A DNA stretch of 64,000 nucleotides from Amoeboaphelidium protococcarum X5 (Eukaryota > Fungi > Aphelidiomycota): contig JALDTO010000237.1 of assembly GCA_023515725.1 (NCBI GenBank), positions 1-64,000 of the forward strand, written 5' to 3'. Shown piece after piece: positions 50,406 to 63,589 of the stretch. Under the pieces are notes generated by a model. That model was not told where the DNA came from. It ran no database searches and saw nothing but the letters and a program-made list of their open reading frames with translations. The first letter of the stretch is position 1; each line of letters starts with the position of its first letter. The position numbers and the translations under genes were made by a program.

Positions 50406-52004
50406 TCATTGCTGGCTCACAGTCACATTTCCAGTTTTATCCAGACGACAGAAACTATTGTCATAGACCATGTTCAGATCAACCTTGTGTCCCACTAACT
50501 CTCTGATATTAGCAAAACCATACTTTATCATCGTGGGACGCTCAAGACTCAATCCCCATGCAATAACGCGTACATCCTCAGGTAATCGATCAATAAACTA
50601 ATGCATCTCCTTCTTGTGAGGGGGTATCATTGGACGCAACATCTCAGGTCTGAACATTCCACTATTACCCAACTCAATCTGCTTCTTTAGCTGAGGATGA
50701 TATGCAAATACTTCCAGTGATGGCTCAGTGTACGGATTATAGGTTGGCTTAAACTTGAGGTCCTTCAATCCCAGCTTGGTGAAAAACACTTCCAGAAATC
50801 CAATCAAATGCCCCACAGTCAAACCATAATCAGCAATCAGACCTTCAACTTGATGAAATTCCGCCAGATGGGTGGCATCTAAAGTCTCATTACGGAACAC
50901 CTTGTCAATGGAAAAATACTTCTTCGGGGTGAACTGAGGCTACTAGAACAACTAGTACAACATTCTAGATGACACGGCAGTAGTGTGAGTACGCAGCAGC
51001 AAACTATCAGCCTCTTCTCTCTTCCACTCAGTGCCATAGCCAACACTACCATAGCCACCTTCAGAGTGGACCTTGCCGACGCGTTCAATATAAGGCTCAA
51101 GATCCTTTGTCGGATTCCACTTGGCTGGGCTCTTACAAAAGAAGGTGTCGTGCATATCTCTAGCCGGATGATCTTATGGCTAGAACAAAGAGTCAAAATT
51201 CCAGAAACTGCTCTCCACATACTAATTGGTCGGCATCTCTTCAAAGCCCATCTCAAAGAAGATCTACCTGAATTCACTTCTCACCTTCTAGATTGGATGA
51301 ACGTGTCCACGCTACGGTGGAATACCCATCGCCTCAAAGTTGTACCTTTTAAATTTTACCTAACCATCGCCAAGACCATCCGAGGAAATCATCAGTTGCT
51401 GCAGGTTCTCACTAGTGATATCCGTAGATTCTTTGATGGGATTGACCGTGAACTCAGCCCCCTTCCTCACCATGAAGTGGACACTCTTCTTGGTTGTGAT
51501 CAACTTTCTCTTTAGCAGATCCTTTATGATCGCGTCTTCTACTGGCGGTTAAGATTCTCCTCCTGTAGCAGCAGAGTCAACGATACTCTTCAATTACAGC
51601 CGAGTCTCATCCACAATAGAAGATGACTCTACGGCAGCCTTCAACTTGTCGCCATCCTTCTTCAACCATTTGGACTTGAACGCGCGCATTTAACCAATCT
51701 TCAATACATTGGCATTAGAGGCTCCAAATTTAGATTGCAAGTCCTTCATAGAAACTCCATCAGAGCCCGCCTATTATACAGCGCTAAGTACCTAGACCTC
51801 ATATGATCCATTGCGTTGAATATCTTCACCCTCCTCAGTCGGCGCATATTGCGTACTCTCGATCGTGTCATACTCTACAATAGAACGTCCGGCAAGAGAT
51901 TTCAAGTGGCCCAACAGAGTATTGCTATCAACGTCTCCTAGCTGTCTACTGTCTAACGCTCCCTTCTAATCCACAGCCTATAATACGCGGTCCTAGATAT
52001 CCAT
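50406..52004 (-). CDS. FARSA: Phenylalanyl-tRNA synthetase alpha subunit
   Basis: [90 protein letters not shown]. Confidence 0.97.
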
Positions 52005-52356
52005 CTCGCAATACGATTATTGAGATTGAAGTGACTTGACTACAAAGCTACAATTTCTCAGATCGCTTTACCGAAAAAAAGATGGTCGCGATTCAATTGT
52101 CACTACTGTAGGTATAGAATACTTCTGCTGTCAGAACTTTAGATTGCAGGCATTCAGTTACAGTTCCTATTACCACAGAAGAGTGGCAGTACTAGTCTCA
52201 TAATGACAATCCTCAAACTTATCATTAAACAACAGTGATATTCATAACACTATTTTTTATTAGCTTCGTGCTCTGCGCTCTCTTGAGTCTCTTTGAACCG
52301 CTTTTCTCAGTCAGACTATCTTGATCATCTTTTTAATAATTAAAGTCATTGCGATA

Positions 52357-53148
52357 ATGGAAGAGATAAAGTTATAATTTGAGTATGGTAAAATTATAAA
52401 TAATGGAGGATCTTGTATAATCACTGGATAGAAATTGAGATAGCTTGGTAATAAGAGAACAGCTGATGGAGCGATACAGACGCATCAGGACACTATATTT
52501 CGCGTCTTGTGCACAGTTGACAAACCAGTCGAGATGTCCAGCTCTTCAGTAAGTGCAAATTACGCGTCGGGCTAGATTTAAGTCGAGATATAACATCATA
52601 AAGAAAGGTCAGATGAGCTATGTCGCCTTAGGATGAAATAGATTACTAAGCAGTTGATGTATATCATGGAGCAGAGTGTTGATTTACGATAGTTTCCGAG
52701 ATAGGTTTTGAGATTACACGTTAATGTTATGGTGGATGATGGCTCGCTGTCGTAGTATGGTTTGATATCACTCCTGGTCAATGTATGTACATGTGCTTTA
52801 TTGGATGGTGGTATTCCATTACTCAGACCGTCTCTTGCGGTGGACTTTGTAGTCAGCAATGGTCAAATTTAGCAATTGAATAGTATCACTGATATTGACT
52901 CAGCTTGTAGTTTCTATGGCTATGTTCTATTTGACATTGTAGGCCTTGAACAGAATTCTGAATCTGGCATAAGTTCGCTCACTACTACTAGTAAGATGGG
53001 ATATAGTATTTTGAGAAAGTAAAAGTCCATAGATGAGATGCCTTCCATTGATCAATTGGCCGGCGCGTTAGTACCTCATTTGCAAACTCTTCGTGATACA
53101 ATTTAAGAGACACTTGGCGCGCGATTTAACCAGCTGCTCTAGAAATGA
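52357..53148 (+). CDS. EXOSC5: Exosome RNase PH-like subunit (Rrp46-like)
   Basis: VLCTVDKPVE; FPRQVLRLHVNVMVDDGSL...VNVCTCALLDGGIPL. Confidence 0.7.
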
Positions 53149-53292
53149 TTATTCACATCTTAAGTATAGATAAATGCTCTCATTAACTTAATTACACGTT
53201 TATTTTATTTAATCTTTCTGTTGTAGTGTGCGTTAATGTCTCTTAGTCATAATTTTCAAAAGCCTTTTAGAAAAGTCAAGTTCTCACACATT

Positions 53293-53300
53293 CTGATTGG
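53293..53300. promoter_or_regulatory. Reverse CCAAT box (CTGATTGG)
   Basis: Lies ~125 bp upstream of the LIM gene ATG. The same octamer occurs in the same relative orientation at 21813-21820 and 47585-47592, upstream of two other ATGs. Confidence 0.4.
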
Positions 53301-53422
53301 TTGCCAACGACCGATATTTATGGCGCTCCATCGTGGTAAGCCCATAGCTTCTCCTTTCCACTTCAGACACTAGAAATTTAATAAAAGTTGAGTTTTTAAA
53401 TTAGTCATTAATCTTATAAGAA

Positions 53423-53753
53423 ATGCCAAATTGTCCAACTTGTTCTAAATAAGTGTACTTTGCTGAAAAGGTGACCGCGCTGGGTAAAGACTGGCACAGA
53501 GCTTGTCTGAAATGTAACAAGTGCAGCAAGTCTCTGACATCTGGAAAGTTTCTGGAAAACAGTGGCAAAGGATACTGTGAGAAGCCGTGCTATGCTGAGC
53601 TATTTGGGCCTAAAGGCTACGGTGCAGGTGGTAAGCGTTTTTTAATGTTATTTAACTCTAATCAGACTTTCAATTACTTTTTGTCATAGTGTAGGTGGTG
53701 CTGCACAAAGTTATCAGGGATTCGGTGGCTCTAATTCTAACTTGACTCATTGA
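53423..53753 (+). CDS. Single LIM-domain cysteine-rich protein (CRIP-like)
   Basis: [31 protein letters not shown]...[17 protein letters not shown]. Intron 53631-53694. Confidence 0.9.
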
Positions 53754-54068
53754 ATAGCACAAATTTGTTTTATTTAGATATTCGCTTTATGTTAAATGCA
53801 GAGATAATCAAGCTGCCCATATGAAAATTGTCTTCAATTTTAAAATCGCAATCATTATCATCTGGCATTACCTTTCGATCTGTCAATCAATCAATCCTAC
53901 TGTAAATGAGCTTCTTTGGTGGAAAACTGCAACTGAAAATCGCGCGCTTGTCTTTCTCTCTCTATCTCTATTTTACCTAAAGTCTGAAAGAGTAAATCCT
54001 ACTTCATAATTCTCACACTTTTCCTCACACTTTAGTTAATACATAATAAGCCCCGAAGTAGCGTAATT

Positions 54069-55373
54069 ATGGATGCAAATTAATGGCTGAAAGAATGCAT
54101 TGACTATATTAAAGCTGAAAATTATGAGTAGCTGTAAAAGTATTTCAAGCTAAACAAGGCGTACCCGTTGATGACAGGAAGTAGTTTAAGTGCTAATGCG
54201 GTATAATAAAAATGCCAACAACTTCCTCGTGCTGAGAATATACAATGGCGGGAACTAATTTAAATTTTCATTCAAGTATAGCAGTGTACGTAATCGGGAT
54301 ATTATATAGATGCTTTTAATACGTAGCGACAAGTGGTGCTATAATTGCGCGATTTCAAACGCTAGTAGATTCCAGTTGTTATGTCTGCACTGATAGATTT
54401 GAAGAACTTGGCGATTCTGGCTGACTAGTAGCAACTTTAATAATCTCAGTAGGATCTGACTTAGAACGATCTTATATGCGATGAAGAAGTGTAAGAAAGT
54501 TCATAGAAGCATCTCGAGGAAGCGTCTAGGATGGTGATGAAGGCTTTCACCAGTTGTATTAATGACCGCTCCCCGCTAGAGCATAGTAGAAAATGGGGAA
54601 CGTATAAGATTATGGTATTGCTTTTCAAATGTTATCGAAAGCTGGGAACGTTGAATTTATCAAAGAATTCTATTCTGGCTATCAGGAATGCTACACTACC
54701 AGCAGATGAAGATTTCGACGCGCAAGATATTGTCCAATTTAAATTTTATCTAGCCTCTTACTTGTTCTGGTCTGAATAGTATGCTCTGGCGTTAGAAGAG
54801 TTCCTCTTTGTGTGGAAGCATGTCTCTCGCCTGTAAAATTGTCCAAAGATATAGCATGCCGTTCTTGAGCAATTGATTCCACTCTAGTTGATTAATGGAT
54901 CCTTGTTGATTACAAAGCCTCATTTCTCGTGTGATAAATTTGAATAATTAGACCGACTTTGTGATGAGCATGTGGCTCTTGCCGTGGTTATATAGAGTGG
55001 TAATGTGCTCAAGTTGAAGTCTATTTTTGCCTCCGGTGCTGTATCATAGCCTGCGATGTAGATTGCTAGACTGAGCAGTAAATCTTATCTGGTGTTGGAG
55101 CGTGCAATGCTTGTTTGTTGGAGAAACCTGTTGAAGAGGGTATACATTGCGAATGATAGGAGCAATAGAATGCCACTGGACCACGTAGCGATTGCTTTGT
55201 CGCTCTTTGAGCCTCAATTCAAGTTATCAGGCATTGAGATTGAATGCGTTGTTGCCAATCTGATTTACAAGAACATGGTGAAAGGATACATTTCTCATGA
55301 GAAGTAGATTCTGGTGCTGAGTAACAAAGATCCATTTCCCCCAGTGAAAATTGAAAATGTTCTCTTGTAATGA
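54069..55373 (+). CDS. PCID2: PCI-domain protein PCID2/Csn12-like
   Basis: [67 protein letters not shown]. Confidence 0.88.
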
Positions 55374-55539
55374 AATCACAATAAAAAGTTGAAAGCTTAC
55401 GTAGAGTACTTTTATTTATATTAGAATATTATAATAATTTTATACTGTATGTGTACTTGATGGCTGGCTATATTCGCGTATTGCTGACTGTGAATGTTGA
55501 TGCTTTGTAGTGTCTTTCAAAAGCCGAATGATCATTCGG

Positions 55540-56004
55540 TCAGTAGAATGGCAGGTTCAGCACGGTCATATACTCTTCGCTCTCTGTGAGCTACCATAAC
55601 GCAACTGTTGAATTGCTTTAATTCGCATCAATCTATTAGCTCACCATATCTTTGGCAGCAGCACTCCTTGTCTATTATACCTGATGATCATCAGCGTGCG
55701 CCACAGGTTCAGTTGACTGCGAATACGTTATACTATCATGCAAAGGGAGGGACGAGGATTTACCAATTCTCGGAAAACGTCTCTAATAATGTAAGATCTA
55801 TCCGCTATGGAAGATGCCAGAAGCAGCTGCAGTATAATCCAACCTAGCTTCATCTAAATCATACACCGGATAAGACTATGACGTGGTTGACTATGTGGCG
55901 CGGCGAGGCAGCTTCGATGCAGCGTAAGCAGACGTTGGCAGATTGATGTAATCTTTCAGAAATTTCACACGCTTGTTTGGAGCAGTTTTCAAAGTGGATT
56001 CCAT
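55540..56004 (-). CDS. Hypothetical protein (154 aa)
   Basis: ATG-TGA frame MESTLKTAPNKRVKFLK...LNLPFY under TAR=Q. Confidence 0.45.
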
Positions 56005-56291
56005 AGCTGTTGAGATACGATAGCGGGGGAAAATCACTCTGGCTATTATAAGATATAATAAAAGAGATACTGTTTATGAATGCGGGTATTTAAATGGCTA
56101 AGAAGATAAATGGTTGGGATGCGAAAATTGCGCCACCTGCGTAATTGATGATGCTGTGCCACACAGACGGTAATCAAGGGAGGCCTTACCACCGTCAGCG
56201 CGTTCCCTGGAAGAGTAAGCAACCCACAGATCGGAAAATGGGAAAAACGTATTTTCCCACAGATACACTTATGTAAACATGTATATATAGA

Positions 56292-56972
56292 TCAAAAGAT
56301 CACGTAATAGAGTACAATAAAAACGATAATACTCGTGATCAGCACACCACCCCAGAATATCCATTTGTCTTCTGTTGTCCGTCGTTCCATCCACCTTATA
56401 GTCTCATTACTCACGCCTAACTAGTTGGCCACGTCATAGACTTTCCTTTGAGCATTTTTAAGCGTGAATCCTTGCTGCCTTATCCTGTCCAAACTCGCGT
56501 TACCCATTTCTATGTACTGATCCACCATAACCATTGACCGATTAACTGAATTTTGGATTCTCTAATTCAATTCGCCGGGAGACTGCTGGTAGCTCTACTG
56601 CAACGATGACGCTGATTGTTATTATTATTATTACTACTAACCATATCTATAATCGCCATTTTGTGGAGGTTGCAGTAGCTCTGACCTTTCCATTTCTAAT
56701 CTGTCTTTCTCGATTTAGCGCTTTACTTGATCCAACCGCTTTCCTATCTCACTAGTTCTTTATTAATACCCAACCAAATCTTTCTAAGTCTATTTCTTGA
56801 GTTGAAAATCAAATTCCCCATTATTAAGATCCTGAAGCTGCTACCACAGTCGCTTAACAGTGGTAATGTCCACGACAACTGCCGCTATGCCGCCCTTGTC
56901 AATTTCCTTTGCCTCCAACTCGGCAAGCATATTCTCAACTTTCTATGTAATCAATTCTCTATTACTGCTCAT
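56292..56972 (-). CDS. BOS1: Golgi Qb-SNARE Bos1/membrin
   Basis: LKNAQRKVYDVANQLGVSNETIRWMERRTTEDKWIFWGG plus C-terminal TM. Not present in the standard-code ORF track. Confidence 0.9.
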
Positions 56973-57241
56973 TACTATTACGATGAATTTCTCTAAACTT
57001 TAGCGAGATAAAGGTACTAACAACAGATCAACCCTGCACGTTCATGCGAGAGAACGCTCATTGTTGCTTCTTCGCCGTCGCCCGACAACAAAGTTTAATC
57101 GCTGAAACCGACGCGATCTTTTTTCCAACTTTCTTCGTGTCCGTTCTTTCTGGGAATTCCAAAACTCTTCCCAATCTTTTCCATCGCAAGAAAGCACTTG
57201 TAGTTTTTTACAAACGCGCATTTACCCAGCACTTAGAGAAC

Positions 57242-60127
57242 ATGACTCTAATTGGCTCGATATTCGATTCACTTACTAAGCCTATCAAGTCCTTGCTTGG
57301 TATATCTGCTGATGATGATATTAATAAGATTATATAGAGAAAGACATCGAGATAGTTGATTTCCACCACTAGAACTCCCAGTCGACCACATCACCATTAG
57401 TTGCATTAGTAGTAGTAGCAATAACTCATCAAGAATTCTGGTCTGAGATCTAATCGCACTACACCTTATTCTGCTCAGTCGAATAAGTCTATGGTGGTGA
57501 AGCGTGGTACACATTAAGATCCGGCAACGTCTATGAGAAGAAGTTCCACTATGAGGCAGCTGGGTGGTTCAGTTGAAGAAAGCCCGTCTTTGATGAAACG
57601 GCGCGGTGATTAGTCGAGACTTTAGCACTAGAAGTTTGAAGATGGTGATAACGGTGTAGCTGGTAATGATGTTATTGACGAACAAGAGTTGATGTTACTA
57701 AATGAGATTAAAATGCCGCTGTTATAGTTTGAGGATTAAATACCATCATCTTCGGCGTCACTGAAGCGTAAGTAGGAAGATTACGTACAATCAGAACGAT
57801 CATTGAAGTCTCAGTATGATACCGTAGAAGTTCGTCAGGTAGAAGACGCTGGTAAGAAGGATCTGTTCGTTGCTCCTTCACCATTTTTACGTAAAGATGG
57901 TAGGAGTAAGTACGCGTCTGCTATGCAAGAGTAGTAGAAATAGAGACGAAGCAAGTACTCGCTCGATGCCTCAGATGTTAATGGTTTTGTATACAAACGC
58001 GATTGGAATAAGTCTGCTAATTAGATCGTAAAGGAGGCGTTATAAGACTCTACGGAGCCTGCTTTGCCGATGGTATAACTATAGTAATAGCCTTAGAAAC
58101 CTGTCGTTGAATTTAAAGTTAGTAACGCTGTTTAGTTTTACATTCCGCCTTCAAAAAGTGAAGTGGCTGTTCGTTAGATGACTAAAGTATCAACACATGC
58201 GCCTTAACTCTTAAGTGTTGTTAGTCAAAGTACTTCTAAGGAGTCTGAATTAGCTCTGAATCCTATTAAAAACGTGGAAGCATCAAGTAAAGAGACAAAG
58301 TCTACCTTTGCCTTTGGTTCTGTAAAGGAGTATACTGCTGATTCCAGTAAGTTGACTTTGCCCATTGATTCTAAGAGCTCCTCTTCATTTTCTTTTGGTG
58401 CACCCTCGAGTGAAATGAAAGATGAAAAGAAGGTTTAACCGTTAGACTAGAAGACTCATCATTTGCCAGCCTTCAGCTTCACTCCTGCTCAAACAGAACA
58501 GAAGCCTGAAGTATCTAATAAAGAATAGGAAAATGGAAAGTTGGTTATTTCGGCGGATGTCAATGATTCTGCAGGTGGTTAGTCTTCGTCACTGTAAACT
58601 TCAGGGTTCTCCTTTGGAACCGTCGCTAAAGCTGAATAAAAGGCACCTGAATAAGGTACTTATGGCAGCATTGCTTAAAAGTCTCAATCTGAGAATAATG
58701 CAACTGTGAAGGATGATGAAATGATGGATAATGATGCGCAAGTTGTTCAGTCAGTGACGCCATAGATTGCTAATACTCAGAAGGAGACAATAGACTCGAA
58801 AGTTGTCAGTTCTTCGTAAAACGGAGAGGATTCAAAAGCGGCTGAAAGCTTTAAAGCGGAGCCTTTTGGATTTAAATTTGGTGCTGGAGTGAATACTGAC
58901 ACGCTTTAAACTGGTGGATTCTCTTTTGGTTCTACCGGGAAAACTGAGGCTGTTCCTGTTTAAAAGCCATCCTTTACATTTGGCGCTGGTGCTTCTAACA
59001 CTCCAGCTAGCTCTAGCACTACTGCTGTTGCAGCTTAACCACCTTAGTAGGAAGAGACAAAGTAGTCAGGTTTCAGTTTCGGGCAAAGTTCTACTGCAGG
59101 CGCGTAATCTGGATTTTAATTTGGGGCTTCATAATTTGATAATTAATAGCCAACTACTCCATTGCAATTTGGGTAAAGTTAGACTGCCACTGCTTCATAA
59201 TCTACAGGATTTCAATTTTCTTTCGGATCGGCGGATGATAAGAGTAAAGCCAACGGAACATCTGGATCAGGTAATGTTGGCGTGTTTGGGCAAGGTTTAG
59301 CGGGATCAACTCCTGCCAATGGCGAATAAAAGTCTGCACCTACCTCTGCATAGCCTGCGTTAACCTTTGGTTAGTCAACACTTAATAATGCTCCAGCTAT
59401 TTAGTAAAATGGATTTAGTTTTGGTAGTAGCAGTACTTAGCCTAATGGTGCCACTAGCAATGGAGCGTCTTCGGAGTAAGTCAACCCAGTTTTTGGATTT
59501 GGATAGGCGTCTTCCAGCAATACTGCTGCACCTGTTCAGGAGAATACCAATGTTTAATCACAGTTCACCTTTGGTGCAAGTACCAATGCTAATTAGTCAG
59601 CGAGCAATTTACCAGTTTTTAAAAGTGTTGCACCTCAAGCAGCTTCTACTGGATTTTAATTTGGTGCATAAACTGCACCACCTCTTCCTAATGCTTCTCA
59701 GTCAACTGGAGGATCACCGTTTTCTTTTAACACTGGCGCGCCGTAATAATTGAATGCTTCTGTTGGTAGTTTTGGTACTTCTGCTCCAATGAATAATCCA
59801 TTAGGATAGTCACAGCAACCCGTAGCTGTGCCATAGTTTGGAGCCAGTCAGACATTTGGTAACAATCCGGCGGGTGATTTGAATAACAGCGGCTCATCCG
59901 CAGCTTTCACTTTTGGAAGTGGGAATTAATTGAATACTGCTAATGGCGGAAATTCCACGTCGCCTTTCCAGTTCAATAGTGGAGGTATAAATAATTCAGG
60001 ATCTTAGCCGTAGTTATTCGCGGTTGGTCAATCGTCATCAGCATCAACGGCTGGAGCGTAAGGGCCATCCTCAACTGGTGGTAGGAGGATAGCCACTGCA
60101 CGTTCAAGGCGCGGTGGAAGAAGATGA
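57242..60127 (+). CDS. FxFG nucleoporin (Nup1/Nup153-like)
   Basis: Many FAFG/FSFG/FKFG/FTFG/FQFG repeats. C-terminal basic motif GGRRIATARSRRGGRR*. Confidence 0.85.
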
Positions 60128-60260
60128 ACTTGATTGTTGATTTAAAATCCAACTTTATATCTTGTTCAGTTTCTTCAATCTATCTTGTTTCCTTTTTCTA
60201 TTATATTGCGCTCGTGTTTTATCTTGGTAAGCGATCTATCAAAGAATCATCATCATCGTA

Positions 60261-61385
60261 ATGTAAATGCTAAGAGACTGGAACAAGGGGGAGAATGCTC
60301 ACTTTGCAGATCGTGTAAGTTAGCTGGAGGGACTGCAATTGGACAGAGAGATATAAGATCTATTTGTCGGAGAGTTTAAGTAATTATCTTACATGGTAAG
60401 TTTTGATCTTATCAATCGTAATGTCATATAAAGTAATGCCAAGTTTGTAAAATCTCGGTAGAATCGTTCACTGTACAAGTTTACACCTGAAATTACATTG
60501 CTGGTAAGAGGTGCTCTATTAAGCTACTTGTTCAAATCCGGCGCTAGATGGGGAGATGTGATGCAGAACGTTGAACCAGTTAGACGTGCGGATGGATCAT
60601 TTCTGTCACGGGGCACTTTGCGATGGTACGCCATCTATTTATCCGTTCTACCGTGGATTCGGGAGCGTATCCAATTGTATATTCAGCGCGAAGGTTGGAG
60701 CGATTATGCTCGTGATGAATGGCAGAGGATAGTGTGGACATGGTGGAATATGGCGGAGAAGTTGTTAGACCTTTGTCATTTAATCAACTTTATACTCTTC
60801 TTGCGCACTGGAATGTACAGGTCGCTGGTACATAGATGTCTGGGTATCGTAATGTATAAGAGTGATATAGATGCCAGTCGTGCTCTGGATCTTGAGTACG
60901 TTAACAGGTTGATGGTTTGGACAAGTTTGGGCGAGTTTGCCACCTCCATCCTTCCCCTGATAAACGTTGGTAGAATCAGATCAGTTATTGGTATATTTCG
61001 ACAGAGTAAAAGTTCCAAACTGTCCTCATTATAGCTTAAACTATTGAAGGAACTACCATCTTGTGTGTGTGGATTCTGTCTTTTACGCTATGAGCATAAG
61101 AATTAAAACACCACCTCCATCGCTGATCTATCATAGAATAGTAGAAATTATGTCATTGTGAACGCGTATGTAAGTGTCAAGTGCGGTCACTCGTTCTGTT
61201 ACGCGTGTCTTTATGAAGCGCATCGAGATGGATCAACCTGCTGCAGATGTTAGACATCCATTGAAGATATCCGACCACTCAACGCTTAATCAGATCCTGC
61301 TGAAAGTATGAAAAATCTAGAGAAAATAGTCAAGTAACATACGCGGATCAGCGACAATGATCTAAAAGCTTAAAATAAGATGTGA
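60261..61385 (+). CDS. PEX2: Peroxisomal RING peroxin PEX2
   Basis: RVSQLEGLQLD; intron 60396-60461; INFILFLRTGMYRSL, EYVNRLMVW; RING CGFC...CGHSFCYAC...CCRC. Confidence 0.88.
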
Positions 61386-61412
61386 TGTAAATTAAATCCA
61401 CAAGAAATCATT

Positions 61413-61858
61413 TCATTATTATTACTAGATCAACTGCTTCAACTTGTCTTGAATCTCTGAAGACTTGAGGTTGTCCAAAGAGATTTTCTTTTCCACTCCA
61501 TAGTCTACACACTTTTATTATTATGCGGTTGAACATTGCAATAATGTGGGTTAAGTGAGTAGTTTATAAAGTTACCATATCTAGCAATAGCACGCGCTTC
61601 AGATCCACTGGCTTCCCTAACCAAGATTGGAAATTGAGGACCGACAGCCTTCTTCATTGGAACGTAATTTTTCATAATAAACTCTCTACAATTTATATAC
61701 ACACATACATGATGTATTATCATCACCATCTAGTAAATAATAATAAGTATAAAATATTTCTAAAAGCCATACCGAAGTCCTTGAGAACCAGCAGATGTTT
61801 GGCAGAGGTGTAAGCGTAATTCACACATAGTCTTTGATGCAGGTGCAAACCAACTCAT
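61413..61858 (-). CDS. NDUFA2: Complex I subunit B8 (NDUFA2)
   Basis: ELRLHLCQTSAGSQGLR|EFI...PILVREASG...ARY|DYGVEK. Introns 61686-61772 and 61505-61575. Confidence 0.9.
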
Positions 61859-62249
61859 ATTATATTGTCAATCTAATAGAAGGTTAGATAAATGAAGAAT
61901 AGTACAAACTCAGAAGTAACCTATTACAGTTGTAAAATCCTGATTCAATGTAGGCGCGAAAGGAACGAACGGCTTTCTCTCTCTTTTCTCCCTCTTTCTG
62001 TGCGACAGGCCGAGAGAACGATCTAATCCGTTTCTAACGCTGTGCGCATTCAATCAAACAAGTGTTACAATCGGTCAAGTTTAGTAGATATTATGATAAC
62101 TGTATATCTTATACAGGCACAGAAAATTGAGAAACGTTGATAGCCGCTCCATATAAATTGCGGAAAATGCTATACAGTGTTAAATAGTAGAAATGCGAGT
62201 CTCTAATGGCTGAACTTAAGACTGACTGTCTAATGTAAAATTGAAATTT

Positions 62250-62940
62250 ATCCTAGTGTTTATGGCCATATAGAATTGTGATATTATTAAGTGCAGACCT
62301 TATCGGCCTAGATTTAAGTAAAAGTATTGAAAGCTGCAAGATTTGGATTCAAAGTGTATTGCCTGGCTTCTTCTACACATGGCTATTGTGATCGGTTTTT
62401 GTTTGATGAAGGTACCCACTACCAGGCTCAGGGAGTAGGCGCCTAAAGGTTTGACCAAGCCGGGATAAATTTTAGAAACGTTGATGAGTACCGTAATGAG
62501 GTGAATTCAGTTCTTGATAAATGACACCTAATGGCCACTGACAATTTCTACACCGATATAAACTTGGCATACGCGTGATTTTAACGCCCGACTGATTTTA
62601 TTGGCACAGTGAGAACCAATCGTCGTCAGCTACCAAAGAGTGTCTTGCAGGTTCCTTACAAAAAGAATTTGAAAAGTTGAATTTTCAAAAGGTTTTGGAA
62701 TCGATGTATGCTAATGAATTAGTTCGACAAGAAGCCTGTCTGCATTCTATCGTCGGTTGGTGATGCCTAATTGCGTGATGGGAAACCTAATGTAGTGAAC
62801 ATTTATAATGCTGCCATGCCTGGCGTTGACAAAAATGATTAGATGAAGTTTGGACGTAAAACAGCTAGAAGATTGCTCAAAAAGTATTATGTCATAATAT
62901 ACTGCCTTAATGAATACGCGTATATCTATCAAAAGTAAGT
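62250..62940 (+). mobile_element. Degenerate piggyBac transposase fragment
   Basis: ARFGFKVYCLASSTHGY, TDNFYT, GTVRTNR, DKKPVCILS, KPNVVNIYNAAMPGVDKNDQM. Several TGA stops and frameshifts. Confidence 0.85.
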
Positions 62941-62974
62941 CCTCGGGTTTGCCCATCTGTACTAAGAATTGCTG

Positions 62975-63589
62975 GAGATGTTGCAATGGTTATGGTCATA
63001 GATGACTTTAAAAAACATTTACAAAGGAGATGAGATGGCGCCGTTATAAATTGGTCCATTCAAGGCTGTTCGTAGAACGCGTGGAGGATCTTATAAGTTG
63101 CTGGGTGCTGATGGTTCTGAAATCACTAGCTCGCCATCATAAATGAAGTTGGTATACATTGATCCTCTCTTACTTGGAGAACTTCATGCAGAAGTTGGTA
63201 CCATTTTGGCACATAGAGACGGTAATTGTGCTGTGTAATACCTTGTCAAATGGAAACATCGCGATGATAGTTTCAATTAATGGGTGAATGAGAAGGACTT
63301 TGATAGCCTGCAGCCTATTTAAGCTTATCGCAAAGCGTTGGTACCAAAATAAAATTCACGAAAACGTCGTTCAGGCAATTGAGCAAAACGTCAGCCGCGT
63401 AAAATTATCAATCTCATCACTAAAGTTAGTTGACATGTTCAACTATGTATTCCGTTTAGAGAGGGGGTGAAATATGATATACAGTAAGGAATTGATAAAC
63501 TAGTATATTAGATAACTAAATAACAACTGATCTATATCTTTTAATTATTGACATTGCAAACCACATAGTCAGGGGTACACACGATATCA
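62975..63589 (+). mobile_element. 3' end of a Ty3/Gypsy chromovirus: integrase GPF region + chromodomain, PPT and putative short LTR
   Basis: IGPFKAVRRTRGGSYKL; ILAHR...QYLVKWKHRDDSFNQWVNEKDF; stop 63380-63382. Purine tract AGAGAGGGGG at ~63458. TGATAT...ATATCA at 63475-63589. Confidence 0.8.

Noticed and set aside
50985-51515. 176-aa plus-strand ORF
   Set aside because: It is antisense to PheRS alpha.
58914-59753. Two 128-aa Leu-rich ORFs
   Set aside because: They are off-frame readings of the FG-nucleoporin.
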